Origin: a virus
Taxonomy: Duplodnaviria > Caudoviricetes
Strand: one strand, 5' to 3'
DNA: 55,073 nt
Virus record (IMG/VR): IMGVR_UViG_3300042469_000249
Span: 1-55,073 of that record
This document shows, one piece after another, positions 25,701-35,778 of the stretch. The translations under genes were made by a program, and so were the position numbers. The first letter of the stretch is position 1. Each line of letters starts with the position of its first letter. The notes under the pieces were generated by a model. It searched no databases and was not told the origin of the DNA. It saw nothing but the letters and a program-made list of their open reading frames with translations.

Positions 25701-28084
25701 TTGTAAACATTCTCAACAAATCGCTCTAACTTTGCTTTTTCTTTTGCTGGCAAACTATTCCAAAATTCTTCAAATGCTGATTTAACTGTTGGATCACCAA
25801 GAATATAATGACCAAGTTCATGCGCGATGTAGTCACGAATATTGTCATCCGTTGAAAGATATGCTCTGTTTAGGTAAATTGTTCCAGTCCCAATTTCATA
25901 TCCTGCCTTACCTTTCTCATTAACATCATCAATGAGATTCAAATATTCACCAACAAAGTCTTCTCCAAACATCTTTATTACAGCATTAATGATGTTTTTT
26001 GCTGGAACCAATTTATCATCAGGTGTTGGAATTACCCCTGCAACAACTTTGCGAATTGGCATCTTCTTAATGGGTTTCAAGTCTTTAGCTTCTACTACCT
26101 GCATCTCTCCTGTTCGCTCGCTTTTTACAGAATAAAACTGCTCGTTATTAGCCTTTTCTGCTTCAGTCTGTGGGATTGCTTCTTCTACGATGTATGCTTG
26201 TGGTGACTTACCAAGTTTGATGCGGTTGCCTACGGATATACCTGTGGGTTCTGCTGGCGTTATCGTTTCCGATACTGCGGATGGTTTAAACAAATTTACC
26301 TTTTGGATTGCTTCACGGACATCTTGCATCTTGCCCTTTAATGATTCTTGAAAATCTTTATCTTTTTTTATCATTTCTGGTAATTGCATTAAAGAATCAA
26401 CCAATGCTTTATCAGATTTTTGTTCTGGCGATCTGTTAGATATAATTTCCGCCAATATAGAAAACCTTTGTCCGTTTTCAGTATTTATCCAGCCTTCTTG
26501 ATTTTGACCTTCTGCCAAGTTGAGCATATCTTGAAACAAGTCTGCGCTTGAAACATCGTTATTATTTCTCCGATAACGCTCCAATTCTACTTGAGCATAT
26601 TGGTCTTGCAATTTCGCATACTCATTGCGTTTTGCTCTGTTTTGCAAGATTGCATTTCTGCTTTTTGGATTTTCAATATCCTTCTCTATCTTATCAATTT
26701 CATTGACTCGCTGATTGTATATTTCATTAAAAGCATTATCATCCAATTCTTGTAGAGATAAGTCTGCTTGCTGTGGACGGAGCGTGCCAAGTGGTATATC
26801 TTCTTCAAGACTTACAATCTCCATTGGTGCAGTTTCCTTTACAGGAACAGGCGTAATAGCGGAAACTTCTGTGAGTGGTGCGGCAACTTCGGGTGCAGTA
26901 ATCGCTTTTGCCAACTCAATCTGTTGCTTCTCTGCTTCTACTACTGGCTCATTAGAATCTACTATGCTATCAACTTGCCCTTGTGCAGCGGCAAGAATAG
27001 CTTCTTTCTCTTTAAGTTCTAACTTGAGCTTCTGTGCGATTGGATCGGTTGATTCAATAGCCTGCAACACCTGCTTTGCATCAGCAACTTCTTGTTCAAG
27101 CTTCTGTTTGTTTGCCAACACTGCTTTGCCTTGAGGATTATCGTTACCGATAAAAAGATTCTCAGCCTCTTTGTTTGCACTCTCGTTAATTTTAGCTTCT
27201 GCAATTTGCTCTGGTGTGAATGGTGCGGAAACGATAGTAGCCGCTGCGCCTGCGCCACCACCAATCAATGCTTCACCGATTGCTTGCTTAGGACTAACCT
27301 GTATTCCTTTTTTAGTTTCTACAGTCTCACCAACTTGTTGAATCAATGCGTCTATTCCTTCTGGAAGTCCTTCGCCTAAAAAAGAAGACGCAAGGCGTTT
27401 AGAGAATGAACCAACTGCCTTCTCTCCACCCGGAAGATACTTGGCTCCGAAAGCATTTAGCAAACCAGAACCAGCAGCGGTGACAATAGCATAAGCCATG
27501 TCTTCATCAGTTGGTTCTGTGTAACCATTGTTCTTGGCTCGTTCTAAAGCAACTGGCCCCACGATCTGCGCTGCTTGGGTTAATGCTGGCCCTGCAAATG
27601 CACCCGCCGCTGCACCAGCAACTGCCCCGCCACCGCCACCTATCAACCCACCAAGCCCACCGCCAGCAACTGCACCCGCAATGCGTGATCCAATGCTCAT
27701 TAGAATCTGACCAGTCTGTTCTGCAATAGCCCTTGGAGCATACTGAGGAGCGAAACCAGCAACTTGAAACTCACCTTCTTGTGGCTCCATGAATCTTTGA
27801 CCAGCGGAAACATAACCTTCTGGTTCTTGAATTGCACCCTTCAATGCTGTGCCTACTGCGGGAAATCCAGAAACTTGCGCCGTCTCACCCATAGCTTCAA
27901 GCGGTTGACCAAACGATTGCTTGAGTGCCGCTGGAAGCTGAGAGATTTCTTGACCAATAGAAGTTCCTACTGGTTCTTTTGTTTCGGTTGGAATTTCTTG
28001 TTGATTATCATCAAGAAAAACAATTCTACGCTTCTGTGCTTGCGGAGCCTCGGAAACTTCCTCGTCTAAAAATACAATAGCCAT
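22772..28084 (-). CDS. Large internal virion / ejection (polyvalent-type) protein with zincin-like HExxH motif
   Basis: 1770 aa, last gene of the structural operon; Gly/Ala hydrophobic N-terminal region; IYLN...IAHELGH; helical C-terminal domain. Confidence 0.7.
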   Translation of the reverse strand: MAIVFLDEEVSEAPQAQKRRIVFLDDNQQEIPTETKEPVGTSIGQEISQLPAALKQSFGQPLEAMGETAQVSGFPAVGTALKGAIQEPEGYVSAGQRFMEPQEGEFQVAGFAPQYAPRAIAEQTGQILMSIGSRIAGAVAGGGLGGLIGGGGGAVAGAAAGAFAGPALTQAAQIVGPVALERAKNNGYTEPTDEDMAYAIVTAAGSGLLNAFGAKYLPGGEKAVGSFSKRLASSFLGEGLPEGIDALIQQVGETVETKKGIQVSPKQAIGEALIGGGAGAAATIVSAPFTPEQIAEAKINESANKEAENLFIGNDNPQGKAVLANKQKLEQEVADAKQVLQAIESTDPIAQKLKLELKEKEAILAAAQGQVDSIVDSNEPVVEAEKQQIELAKAITAPEVAAPLTEVSAITPVPVKETAPMEIVSLEEDIPLGTLRPQQADLSLQELDDNAFNEIYNQRVNEIDKIEKDIENPKSRNAILQNRAKRNEYAKLQDQYAQVELERYRRNNNDVSSADLFQDMLNLAEGQNQEGWINTENGQRFSILAEIISNRSPEQKSDKALVDSLMQLPEMIKKDKDFQESLKGKMQDVREAIQKVNLFKPSAVSETITPAEPTGISVGNRIKLGKSPQAYIVEEAIPQTEAEKANNEQFYSVKSERTGEMQVVEAKDLKPIKKMPIRKVVAGVIPTPDDKLVPAKNIINAVIKMFGEDFVGEYLNLIDDVNEKGKAGYEIGTGTIYLNRAYLSTDDNIRDYIAHELGHYILGDPTVKSAFEEFWNSLPAKEKAKLERFVENVYNDETGEVRLEEKQVYAFVARLNAGENRSAFQRLLDAVKKWLNDNFKTKFKMTDRDAAAILAGAVDRFKSGEFLERPEDFGVRKAAVEPTPIEPEVKTITEGLVQGIDIGKENNMPINNKIESHIKNFAFVRGIFESASDRLRRAKFTKLATAIDDYYDQAQRRLGFANKILLPAFDEYSKQSKSTKKKIDEEVKRFFAAQENKRDTAEFFDELNPITQKIVTAWQKFGEESGNENQRIGIKVFDKGLQRWRPIGKVEKFWPRVFKPEYKRALMEPDKYQKEYNEIVDALMKSGRIQTPEEAEAFISDYQGTGSQNDYFSGIEVARGQAFPEELYDYSAQVMTDYVARWAQHSSRIEQFGQKLGENSKTLWDRSRESTRDRRTIDYITAAQERVEGYYPNDPIVKGMATLNIWSSGLQLGNPASSMLNFFGGTTLNAMVGQPGALSSYVSSFTELRKLGRELKDAREKGIVSRDLMNIIGDNQVVLESSGIAKAGQKTTDFLLKWSGFTPVEQMVRTQSMIIGKSFLRKTLSSLSKNPDSSFSKRALTWLNRNNIDADKLIVERGTGPETDKLLRYFANISQGSYTIAQTPIFTDTPIGRFLFKYQKFSTQVMRQSWKNTFEPAWKAVTNKNETFQLPDPTRQLLYRLRLAEAKELGDNRKITLDEIPKKVTKAEGKALTIIPVMMWLASAYVGGEVILRMRDMLFGVLMKGPSYEDIIRAFEDDEDDDELYLSLERAWYNLIGMGALGLIGNYGQFFMDWQDRERVKNPLDPPALSIFKETATLIQNAADQGKITLGDINNYLNRTFSGYRVAQRLYQTAASGLGYSKAPTVAEEMFRREVASINKYARRWAESAGLEYRTKRPMDIAPGKMTPINREIASYLQRGEPGAAVAYAKEYLNSLPKKERANAIQSMQSGARNRQPLRLGSGPMDQAEKTAFKKWLKEKVSKEKFDEIQKLESQYQKNYNIFLNKLPNK

Positions 28085-28094
28085 TGGTATTATC

Positions 28095-29396
28095 TTATTG
28101 TTGATTGTCAGATTTTACTGTGGCTTTTCTATATTTTTTTGTTTGAGAATCGTAAATATAAATGATTGTTCCAGCATCAAGATTTGCTTTTTCAGCTTCT
28201 GCTACTGAACCAAATTTTCGACCAGCAAGTTCTCCCGTTGCTGGCCCTCCTTTAGTTACCGCTTTGATTCCTGTTCTTGATGCAAATGCGGGGAATCCTT
28301 TTACTCGACCAAAAGCATCAAAGGTATCTTTATCAATTGGATAACTTTGACCTCCTTTAATTTTAATGGAATACTCTTCACCGCCAGATGTTGCTGGAAT
28401 AATATTTGCAACTCCTCCAGCTTCTTGAACTATATCAGACCATGTTTTGTCTTCTTCTGATGGGCCATTTCCAGATAGGAAATTTACAGACTCTTGCAAT
28501 TTAGAAGCATATTCATTAGCCTTCTTGTTCAGAGCGTCATCAACTTCAACCTTCTTTGTTCCAGAAAATCTTGCTCCGGGTTTATCAGTTTCACCAGACC
28601 ATGTTTGACTATACTCTGTAGTAGAACCAATCGGTGCAATTCGTATTTCATCAGAAATATTTTCTTTCGGGAAGAAACTTGATAGTCCAGCAATTTCAGT
28701 TGGTTGCCAATTATTATCTTTATCAGACTTGTTAATTGTAGCTCCCTCAACTGCTTTACTATATCTTGCTGGAGTTGCGTCAGTAGCTTGAGCAGCCGCA
28801 TTAGCTGCATCAAGTTGGGTTTTATCTGGTTGCATTGCAGGCATTCCAGTTTGAGTAGCGGCCCCAGTTTCATCTGGTAATAAAACATCATTTGCAGCCG
28901 CATTAGCTGCATCTTGTTTTATTTGTTGTTGTTCAGCTAAAGGAATATTGGAAGTTGTATTTTGTTGTCCTCCAAAAACCATTTGCTGTGCCATTTCTGC
29001 GCCTGATTGTTGAGGTTCGCCGCCGCCTCCAGCATAACGATCTTTATATGCTTCAATCTGACTCTTACGTAGATAATCATCAGCAAATTGTTTAGACATT
29101 GCTGCCATCTGCTGATTCATGTTTTGGATAAATGGATTGTTCGATGCTCCAAATTGGAGTTGAGCATTCATCAATTCACCATATCCCTCACTCAGATTAC
29201 CTTGTCCAATTTTATCAAACGCACTCTTATATGTGGCTTGCAATACTGGTAGCACAGCTTGAGCTTGGGTTTGCGCCTCTTTCTGTGCCAATGCTGCACC
29301 TACATTCTGACCAAGTTTAGCCAAAGATTCTCCAACCCATGCGGTAGATTGCGATGAGCGATTGGTTCCCTGCATTATGAGTTCTGCGATAGACAT
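28095..29396 (-). CDS. Internal virion (ejection) protein
   Basis: Gln/Ala-rich, no Cys; middle gene of three in podoviral ejectosome synteny. Confidence 0.6.
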   Translation of the reverse strand: MSIAELIMQGTNRSSQSTAWVGESLAKLGQNVGAALAQKEAQTQAQAVLPVLQATYKSAFDKIGQGNLSEGYGELMNAQLQFGASNNPFIQNMNQQMAAMSKQFADDYLRKSQIEAYKDRYAGGGGEPQQSGAEMAQQMVFGGQQNTTSNIPLAEQQQIKQDAANAAANDVLLPDETGAATQTGMPAMQPDKTQLDAANAAAQATDATPARYSKAVEGATINKSDKDNNWQPTEIAGLSSFFPKENISDEIRIAPIGSTTEYSQTWSGETDKPGARFSGTKKVEVDDALNKKANEYASKLQESVNFLSGNGPSEEDKTWSDIVQEAGGVANIIPATSGGEEYSIKIKGGQSYPIDKDTFDAFGRVKGFPAFASRTGIKAVTKGGPATGELAGRKFGSVAEAEKANLDAGTIIYIYDSQTKKYRKATVKSDNQQ

Positions 29397-29402
29397 AATA
29401 TT

Positions 29403-30527
29403 TTATTTTCCAGTATATGCGTTTGGAATTGCAAATGGCCTGTCACTCATTGATGCAGTAGCTACATTTCCTCCTTGATAAACTCTTCCTCCTGCAACTT
29501 GACCATATTGATCTCCCCTTGTTGCAAATGTGTATTGTTGATTGTAAAGTGGCGTTGCTCTTGGCCCAGTTCCCGCTCCTCCCATTCCACCACCTTGCAT
29601 TGATCCCATTTTACCAAGCGCACTACTATATCCAGACAAAGCGCCAGAAGTTGCTTGTCCAATATCAGAGACACCTTGGCCGACTGCTTGCTGTGCGGCG
29701 TAGCTTGAAGCAATATTTTCTTTGTTTGCTCCGTAGATTTGAGAAGCCAATCCAGATTGTGCATTGTAGATATTAGAGAACATATCGGAAGTCATTTTAG
29801 CTTTTTGCAATCCAACTTCTGCTCCTGCTGTTTGATAGCCCAGTTGCAGTCTACCTACATCCAATGGCTCTGCTGTGAATGCTCGCGCCAATTGCTGCCA
29901 GTTCTGTGCTGTGCCTTGAATACTTGGGATTGCTGCCATTCCCTGCCTTTGAATATCAAGAGAGGTTAGTCCAAGATTACGGGCCATCTGCCCTTGCGCT
30001 GCTTGAAAACCACCAACTTGCCCTGCCGTTGCTGGATTAAACCCTGCACCTGCACTCTCAGCGACATTACGCATGATCTGTTCTTTGACATCTTGCGGCA
30101 CTTCTCCGCGAAGATATTGAGAAATCACATCCATTGCTTGCCCAATTTGAGCTTGAGCTTGTCCACGTTGTTGCGCTGCTCCGGGTTGGAATGTTTCAAG
30201 TTGTTTGCGATAGTAATCTGAAATCTGACCAGCATCACCTATCATTGCTCCAAGGTTATACTCTGGAGCTTGAACATCAGCGATCATTCCTTGGACTTGT
30301 TCTTGTCCTTTGACGAGTTCTTTGGTTGCTTTTCTCTGTTGTTTTTTAAATTGTCCTGCTGCTGCGCCTTGAGCTTTCTTTGCCCTATCTGCCGCCGACA
30401 TAGAGATAGCCGCTGATCCTGCTGCCGCACCTACAGCAACTACACCAGCAGCAATAGCAAATCCGCTGGTATGAAACATCATTGAATGTTTATCGTTGCC
30501 TAAGTGGTCTGGTAAAAGAAATCTCAT
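29403..30527 (-). CDS. Internal virion (pilot/ejection) protein
   Basis: N-terminal hydrophobic AIAAGVVAVGAAAGS; Gln/Gly/Ala-rich. Confidence 0.65.
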   Translation of the reverse strand: MRFLLPDHLGNDKHSMMFHTSGFAIAAGVVAVGAAAGSAAISMSAADRAKKAQGAAAGQFKKQQRKATKELVKGQEQVQGMIADVQAPEYNLGAMIGDAGQISDYYRKQLETFQPGAAQQRGQAQAQIGQAMDVISQYLRGEVPQDVKEQIMRNVAESAGAGFNPATAGQVGGFQAAQGQMARNLGLTSLDIQRQGMAAIPSIQGTAQNWQQLARAFTAEPLDVGRLQLGYQTAGAEVGLQKAKMTSDMFSNIYNAQSGLASQIYGANKENIASSYAAQQAVGQGVSDIGQATSGALSGYSSALGKMGSMQGGGMGGAGTGPRATPLYNQQYTFATRGDQYGQVAGGRVYQGGNVATASMSDRPFAIPNAYTGK

Positions 30528-31012
30528 TTGATTAAGTCAGTTCGGTTATGCCGCCATTTTTGAACCCTTGGGTCTTCCTTGGCGATATGGGGATTAAAGT
30601 CTCTTGAAGTAATGCTGTCAATAATTTCGTCTGGATCAGTCAAGTCTGTGACATGGCAGGTTGTCCAAATTGTATCTTTGTGAGTGGCAAGCATACGTCT
30701 TGTTCCTGCTTCTGTGATGCCCGTGTAGCCTGTTTTATATCTGTGGGCTGGGATGCCATGATACCAGACAGTCACATCGCCTTTCATTATAAAAAATGGA
30801 TGAGTAGTCAGATGAAGCAAAGTTGTGAGAATAGTATCCTTCGGCATATAGATTTCCCGAATATACATTCCCGGCGTGAACTTGTGAATCAATGGACATT
30901 CCCGTGGAGGTAACTTTAGAATTTCCAAATCCATCAAGTTAAGTTCGTAGTCAGGATCACCATATCCAACTACATTCCTCGCATCAATCTTATCTGGAAT
31001 TGTCAGTGTCAT
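30524..31012 (-). CDS. Cupin-like protein of the tail/ejection module
   Basis: HKFTPGMYIREIYMP...H...H...G pattern. Confidence 0.6.
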   Translation of the reverse strand: MTLTIPDKIDARNVVGYGDPDYELNLMDLEILKLPPRECPLIHKFTPGMYIREIYMPKDTILTTLLHLTTHPFFIMKGDVTVWYHGIPAHRYKTGYTGITEAGTRRMLATHKDTIWTTCHVTDLTDPDEIIDSITSRDFNPHIAKEDPRVQKWRHNRTDLIK

Positions 31013-31971
31013 CTCGAAAGGAAATAATCGTTTGGTGATGGTGACAATAGATCAGACCCGATTAGGTTATCTGCCCTACTATAGTTTGAAAACCTAATTG
31101 GCGCGGCAGTGGGGATTTCTGCGCCTTCCATTTCTTTCTCTTGTTCTTGCACGGCCAATGCCAAGTTACTCATGAACTCTTGCGCCTTACGATTCTCACG
31201 CGAGTTTAATGCAAGAACCGCATAGATCATCGCATCAGGAATAAACTCTACCAAATCCTTTGGATCGGTTAGATCAAAGTATTTCTTAGATGCATAAAGC
31301 GTAATACACTCGCAGGTCTTCGGGGCTTTGAACCTACGGAATGTAGGATGAGCATCGTTAGGTTGATAGATGGCAATGAGAGTCTTTGCTTCCAATGCCG
31401 TGTCGTAGGCATATACCCGAATCCTACCTTTAGTTACTGGCTTAGTTACCGCCCGAATCCCTTTAACAAGAAGATCAGACTTAGCCAGCGTTGGTGGATT
31501 AGCAGTAGTGACCTTAACCTTATGATAGGTGTCATACTGGTCTTGTGCTTCAAACATCAACTCTACGCCGATGTCTTCAGCTTCCTCTGCCATCACGCCG
31601 ATTTGGTATGGATGGGTAGTGTAATCGCGGAAGAGAACGTGGAGTCCTCCTACTTCAGTAATTCCTCTATGGCATGAGTGATCCGCATGAAGAGCAAACG
31701 CATTGGTCGCATTGAACCATTCATCTGCGAGAGATGCTGATTCATTGCCAATCCATGCGAGTTTGATTTGCTCATAGCGAGATGGAAGCGTAAAGCAATT
31801 GTTTACGCAACAAATTTGGACATATTCTTCTATGCTCGTCCAGCCACGCTTATTCCACAAAAGTCGTCTTGCTTGGTTTACGGCTTTGACTCCGCGCTCG
31901 TATGAACAAGTGCCTGAGTCTCCGGCGAATCCCTTCACAAGCTCAACCATCTCTTCGAGGGTATCAGCCAT
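31009..31971 (-). CDS. Putative head-tail adaptor (tail tubular protein A-like)
   Basis: N-terminal helix pair with VNQARRLLW, C-terminal DAMIYAVLA; synteny with the nozzle. Confidence 0.5.
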   Translation of the reverse strand: MADTLEEMVELVKGFAGDSGTCSYERGVKAVNQARRLLWNKRGWTSIEEYVQICCVNNCFTLPSRYEQIKLAWIGNESASLADEWFNATNAFALHADHSCHRGITEVGGLHVLFRDYTTHPYQIGVMAEEAEDIGVELMFEAQDQYDTYHKVKVTTANPPTLAKSDLLVKGIRAVTKPVTKGRIRVYAYDTALEAKTLIAIYQPNDAHPTFRRFKAPKTCECITLYASKKYFDLTDPKDLVEFIPDAMIYAVLALNSRENRKAQEFMSNLALAVQEQEKEMEGAEIPTAAPIRFSNYSRADNLIGSDLLSPSPNDYFLSR

Positions 31972-31990
31972 AGGTTATCGTTACCGATAA

Positions 31991-32149
31991 TTACTTTTGG
32001 TAGCCTTGCTTTGGAGTGCCAGCGGTCGTATAGATGCTTGGCTTCTTAGCTCCAAGGTTGGGCATATTCCCCATACCTTCACGGATACTTCCGCGAGTTG
32101 GTGATCCACCAGAAACAAGTTTTGGGTCGGTTCCTTTTAGTGTTGTCAT
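31991..32149 (-). CDS. Small basic Gly/Pro-rich protein, 52 aa (not in ORF track)
   Basis: MTTLKGTDPKLVSGGSPTRG...; AC-rich leader; fills the gap exactly. Confidence 0.55.
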   Translation of the reverse strand: MTTLKGTDPKLVSGGSPTRGSIREGMGNMPNLGAKKPSIYTTAGTPKQGYQK

Positions 32150-32173
32150 ATGTTTGGTTTTCTTTGTGATGGC

Positions 32174-32683
32174 TTATGGTGTCGAGGAATGAACCGCCAT
32201 CCAGTTCAAGCTCGTAATTTGTGCAATGTTGTTATCAGCCCGAAATGTAAATCCTGCTGTATTTTGTGAAACAATAGTGTAAAGTGGCGTTGTTAATGGA
32301 GTTCCAGTTGCGTAAATTGGAGTCAGCGAGATTCCATAAACGGCAGATGGAAGAGGAGAGCTAAAGGTAATTCCAATAGATAATGTGTCATCTGGCGCAA
32401 TTGGAGAGTATACGCCATATCTAACCTTAATTGTTGGATTTAATTCTAAAGCATCTACTCGCGTATCAAGCGCAGTTATCTGAGTTTGCTGGTCAGCAAG
32501 GTCTTCGTTAATCTGCTGAATCTGCTGTGGAGTAACATCGCCAAGGCCGGGAACATTGATGGTTCCGTTGGACAAAACTTCATCAATGAATATTTGAAAT
32601 ATATTTTGCCAGTTACCAGCAGGACAAAAGTCATCTGGAACATTTGGAAATGTAAGTGCAGGAGATGAATCTTGATTGTCCAT
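32174..32683 (-). CDS. Tail-associated protein with short coiled coil and beta C-terminal domain
   Basis: ITFSSPL...SQNTAGFTF...LNWMAV, typical of fibre-tip domains. Confidence 0.55.
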   Translation of the reverse strand: MDNQDSSPALTFPNVPDDFCPAGNWQNIFQIFIDEVLSNGTINVPGLGDVTPQQIQQINEDLADQQTQITALDTRVDALELNPTIKVRYGVYSPIAPDDTLSIGITFSSPLPSAVYGISLTPIYATGTPLTTPLYTIVSQNTAGFTFRADNNIAQITSLNWMAVHSSTP

Positions 32684-32688
32684 TGGAT

Positions 32689-34683
32689 TTAATTTACGAT
32701 ATTATATTCCCAATACTTTTCTTGGCAACACAAAAATGGTTCACATTCCTCATTTTCTTCTGGGCAGTCGCCAACTGGAGAATCGTCGTTGTTCTTAATG
32801 TTTGCCATTAGTCGAACTCGGTCAACAGTAGCCGCACCAGTGAGGTTTACTTTGATCTGAAATTCACTTCCTTCTACGGATGGGATGCCAGCCAAGTCAT
32901 TGCACTCGCTTGGGTCAGGCGTATTGAACTTATATCGCTTGTAGCGATTACCATTTTTTTGTGGAACGCATTCAGTTACCTTAGGTGAACACGGGTTGCA
33001 TCCGTAGCTTGTAGGAACTTTTAGTTCTGACCAGCATGGATTGGAATCGGCGCGAAACTCAACATCGCTATCTACCACTCCTTTAATTTCACTCATCCAC
33101 ATTTCTCCACCAGTAATCTTTTTACGAAGGAACTTGTTCGTCGCCCCACTTCTGTTGAAGTCATACCTACCAGTAGTGAAGAAGGAATCAATCTGCCTTG
33201 TTCCATTAGGCCCGTAATCGTCGCCTTGTGAGGTAGTAAATTCGTAGAGTCGGTTCTTGTTGTCTTTATCAAACGAGAATCCGAATCCACGCTTTTCACC
33301 TTGGATTAGTGCAGAGAGTAGCTGAGTTGGTCTAAAGCCCGTCCAGATGCCATTCCAACGAAAGGAAAGCTGTGCATCTGGTGCGGGTGAAGATGATTGG
33401 TCAAGATCAAGAACTACCATTCCCCTATGATAGCGGTTCAATCCTTCCACACCTGCTGCTCGATAGGTCTGCGGAGCTACTGTGCTAATGATGTAGTTAT
33501 CAAAAAACATTGTAGAAGCAAATTGCTTTAGCCAAGGAGTATCATTCGTAACCCACTTGTTTACTTCTCTCGAAAGTTTACGAAGTGAAAAGTATCGGGC
33601 AAATTCAGATTGGCTATTGGAGTAGAATGCCCAACCATCGTGTGATCTAAACCAAAGTTCCGAGTTTGCCAATCCCAAGTATGGGCTTGTGCATCCGCGC
33701 CCAAGCAATGAAATTCTTTGAATGTTCGATGTGTTCCATTGGCTTCTTGGTATAGATACATCCATTGAGAATGCTCCGTTACCAGTTAGGATAACAAGCT
33801 CACCTTGGCCGCGAAGGTTGGTTCCAATCTGTGGCATTACTCTCATGCCAGTGATATTCCCCATCATTGCTGGAGTAGAGAACGCGCCACCTTCTGCCCA
33901 ATATCCAATCTCTGTGAAGTTCTCGGTATTCTTGGTGTCAGTAAATCCACCACCATAGATAATATCTGAAGCGTAGATTTGATTGAACCTATCAGAAACA
34001 AATACTCGTCCGAAAGCATACTCCATCACGGTTCCAATCGGCATCTTTGCAAGGTATGGATTCAAACGATAAGCAGGTATTTTAATTGTCCCAGTTCCTA
34101 CTCCACTTCCAGTTGCCGTGAACTTGACTCCAATTGTATTGGATGGCGCACCGATCAATGTAAAGTCAGTAGTGCCAATCGAAACGATTTCGCAGTAGTC
34201 TTGATTTTGAATTTCGCCTGCGGTCAATGTTCCTAATATTCCATCCCATGCAATTGCATTTTGGTATCCGTTTTGGATATACGCCCGATCTTCAGCTTGC
34301 ACAAAAAATGTGTGCATCATGCCCGGATCGTTGCCTTCGATGATTTTGTATGCGTATGCTTGGTTGTTTACGATTTTTAGAAAGTAAATAATTCCAGATA
34401 CAGATAGCAAAAGTCCATCGCTGGTTCTGTAGTTGGTTGCCCGATATGGATACGCACCTTGGAAACTCCCGCCAAGAATATCGTTAACGATAATCTCGTC
34501 TTGCCCCGCTCCAGCGACAATCGAGATATTCCGAATGCTCGGTCTGGTTCGATTGATGCCGCCTCGGAATGTCCTATTTACCGACTCTGCTACTACAGAC
34601 TCTGGCAAATACGATGGGTGAGTATCTGCGTCTTGCGCGATGATACTTGTAAACCCATCAAAGACTGATCCTTCGGCTGGCAT
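32689..34683 (-). CDS. Tail nozzle / stabilisation protein (tail tubular B-like)
   Basis: 664 aa, beta-propeller-like (GRVFVSD..QIYASD, GRGCTS); podoviral synteny. Confidence 0.6.
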   Translation of the reverse strand: MPAEGSVFDGFTSIIAQDADTHPSYLPESVVAESVNRTFRGGINRTRPSIRNISIVAGAGQDEIIVNDILGGSFQGAYPYRATNYRTSDGLLLSVSGIIYFLKIVNNQAYAYKIIEGNDPGMMHTFFVQAEDRAYIQNGYQNAIAWDGILGTLTAGEIQNQDYCEIVSIGTTDFTLIGAPSNTIGVKFTATGSGVGTGTIKIPAYRLNPYLAKMPIGTVMEYAFGRVFVSDRFNQIYASDIIYGGGFTDTKNTENFTEIGYWAEGGAFSTPAMMGNITGMRVMPQIGTNLRGQGELVILTGNGAFSMDVSIPRSQWNTSNIQRISLLGRGCTSPYLGLANSELWFRSHDGWAFYSNSQSEFARYFSLRKLSREVNKWVTNDTPWLKQFASTMFFDNYIISTVAPQTYRAAGVEGLNRYHRGMVVLDLDQSSSPAPDAQLSFRWNGIWTGFRPTQLLSALIQGEKRGFGFSFDKDNKNRLYEFTTSQGDDYGPNGTRQIDSFFTTGRYDFNRSGATNKFLRKKITGGEMWMSEIKGVVDSDVEFRADSNPCWSELKVPTSYGCNPCSPKVTECVPQKNGNRYKRYKFNTPDPSECNDLAGIPSVEGSEFQIKVNLTGAATVDRVRLMANIKNNDDSPVGDCPEENEECEPFLCCQEKYWEYNIVN

Positions 34684-34850
34684 TACTCAGATACACCAAG
34701 CCATTTAAGCCAGTTTTTATGTTCTTCAGTAGCAGCTTTCTCAAAGTCTGCACCGCTCTCAATAGACTCAAACTCTACAGTTTTTTTATTCTCTTCATGC
34801 GAAAATTCATAAACTGCCTTATTATTGGTTTTTGAAATCAAGGTTTTCAT
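34683..34850 (-). CDS. Small protein, 55 aa (not in ORF track)
   Basis: MKTLISKTNNKAVYEF...WLKWLGVSE; coupled at both ends. Confidence 0.55.
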   Translation of the reverse strand: MKTLISKTNNKAVYEFSHEENKKTVEFESIESGADFEKAATEEHKNWLKWLGVSE

Positions 34851-35773
34851 ACATTGTAAAATGGGATTTTGCGAGCAGTTCCATTGATATTTACTACCAA
34901 ATATCCAACTGGAGTTGCGGGAAGCGCACTTGCTCCACCAGCAGCACCAACTGTAGTTGCCGTTGTTGCTGATGTTATGGTCACATCTCCTGCAACATGA
35001 AGTTTGCTTGATGGCAATGGAGTGTTTATACCGACATTTCCAGCAGCACCATCAATGCACAGACGATTAGCATAGTTTGAAAAATCATTTCTTGTGCTAA
35101 AATTAATCGCAGTTGGAATCTTCCCAATAGCTGGAGTTCCGTCAACAGATGCACTAATTATTGCAGCTAAGTTATCAGTTGTTCCATCGTATCCAGAAAA
35201 AACAAGCGATCCAATTCCATCGCCATTTTGGACAATTGTAGGGGATGCTTGGGTTCCTCGACTTTTTTTAAAGTGAGCATACGATATACCAGTTCCACTT
35301 GAATTAAGAAATGATTGAGAACTGGATTCCGATGTAATGCTTACAACATTACTTGCTGAAATTCCTTGATTTCCAAAATTTGGACTAATTTTAGTTCCAT
35401 CAATAGCTGCGGAGGCATTTATATCAGCATTTACAATTGTTCCATCAACAATCTTTGCTGAAGATACAGATGAATCAGCGAGTTTTGCAGTCGTTACCGA
35501 TGAATCAGTAATTTGATTTGTGGTTACTTGTGAAAACTCAATTTTACCAGTAGAATCTTTAGTAAGAACTTTATCATTGTCTCCGTTTGTCCAAGTCAAA
35601 TTTCCAACTCCATCAGTCTTTAAAACTTGTTGTGAAAGTGGAGTCTGAATCGTCTTTTGACAAGCAGCAGAGTCTTCTACTACCAATCGTTTTCCATTGG
35701 CAGTTGTTTCAAGTGGTTCACACAACAACGGAAAGTTCGTGTCGCATGGTGGGCATGGTGTGTAGTAGCTCAT
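34847..35773 (-). CDS. Tail fibre protein
   Basis: VTTAKLADSSVSSAKIVDGTI repeats, GNVGINT..PSSKLHVAG, C-terminal NINGTARKIPFY; probable start MSYYTPC. Confidence 0.7.
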   Translation of the reverse strand: MSYYTPCPPCDTNFPLLCEPLETTANGKRLVVEDSAACQKTIQTPLSQQVLKTDGVGNLTWTNGDNDKVLTKDSTGKIEFSQVTTNQITDSSVTTAKLADSSVSSAKIVDGTIVNADINASAAIDGTKISPNFGNQGISASNVVSITSESSSQSFLNSSGTGISYAHFKKSRGTQASPTIVQNGDGIGSLVFSGYDGTTDNLAAIISASVDGTPAIGKIPTAINFSTRNDFSNYANRLCIDGAAGNVGINTPLPSSKLHVAGDVTITSATTATTVGAAGGASALPATPVGYLVVNINGTARKIPFYNV

Positions 35774-35778
35774 AGATT

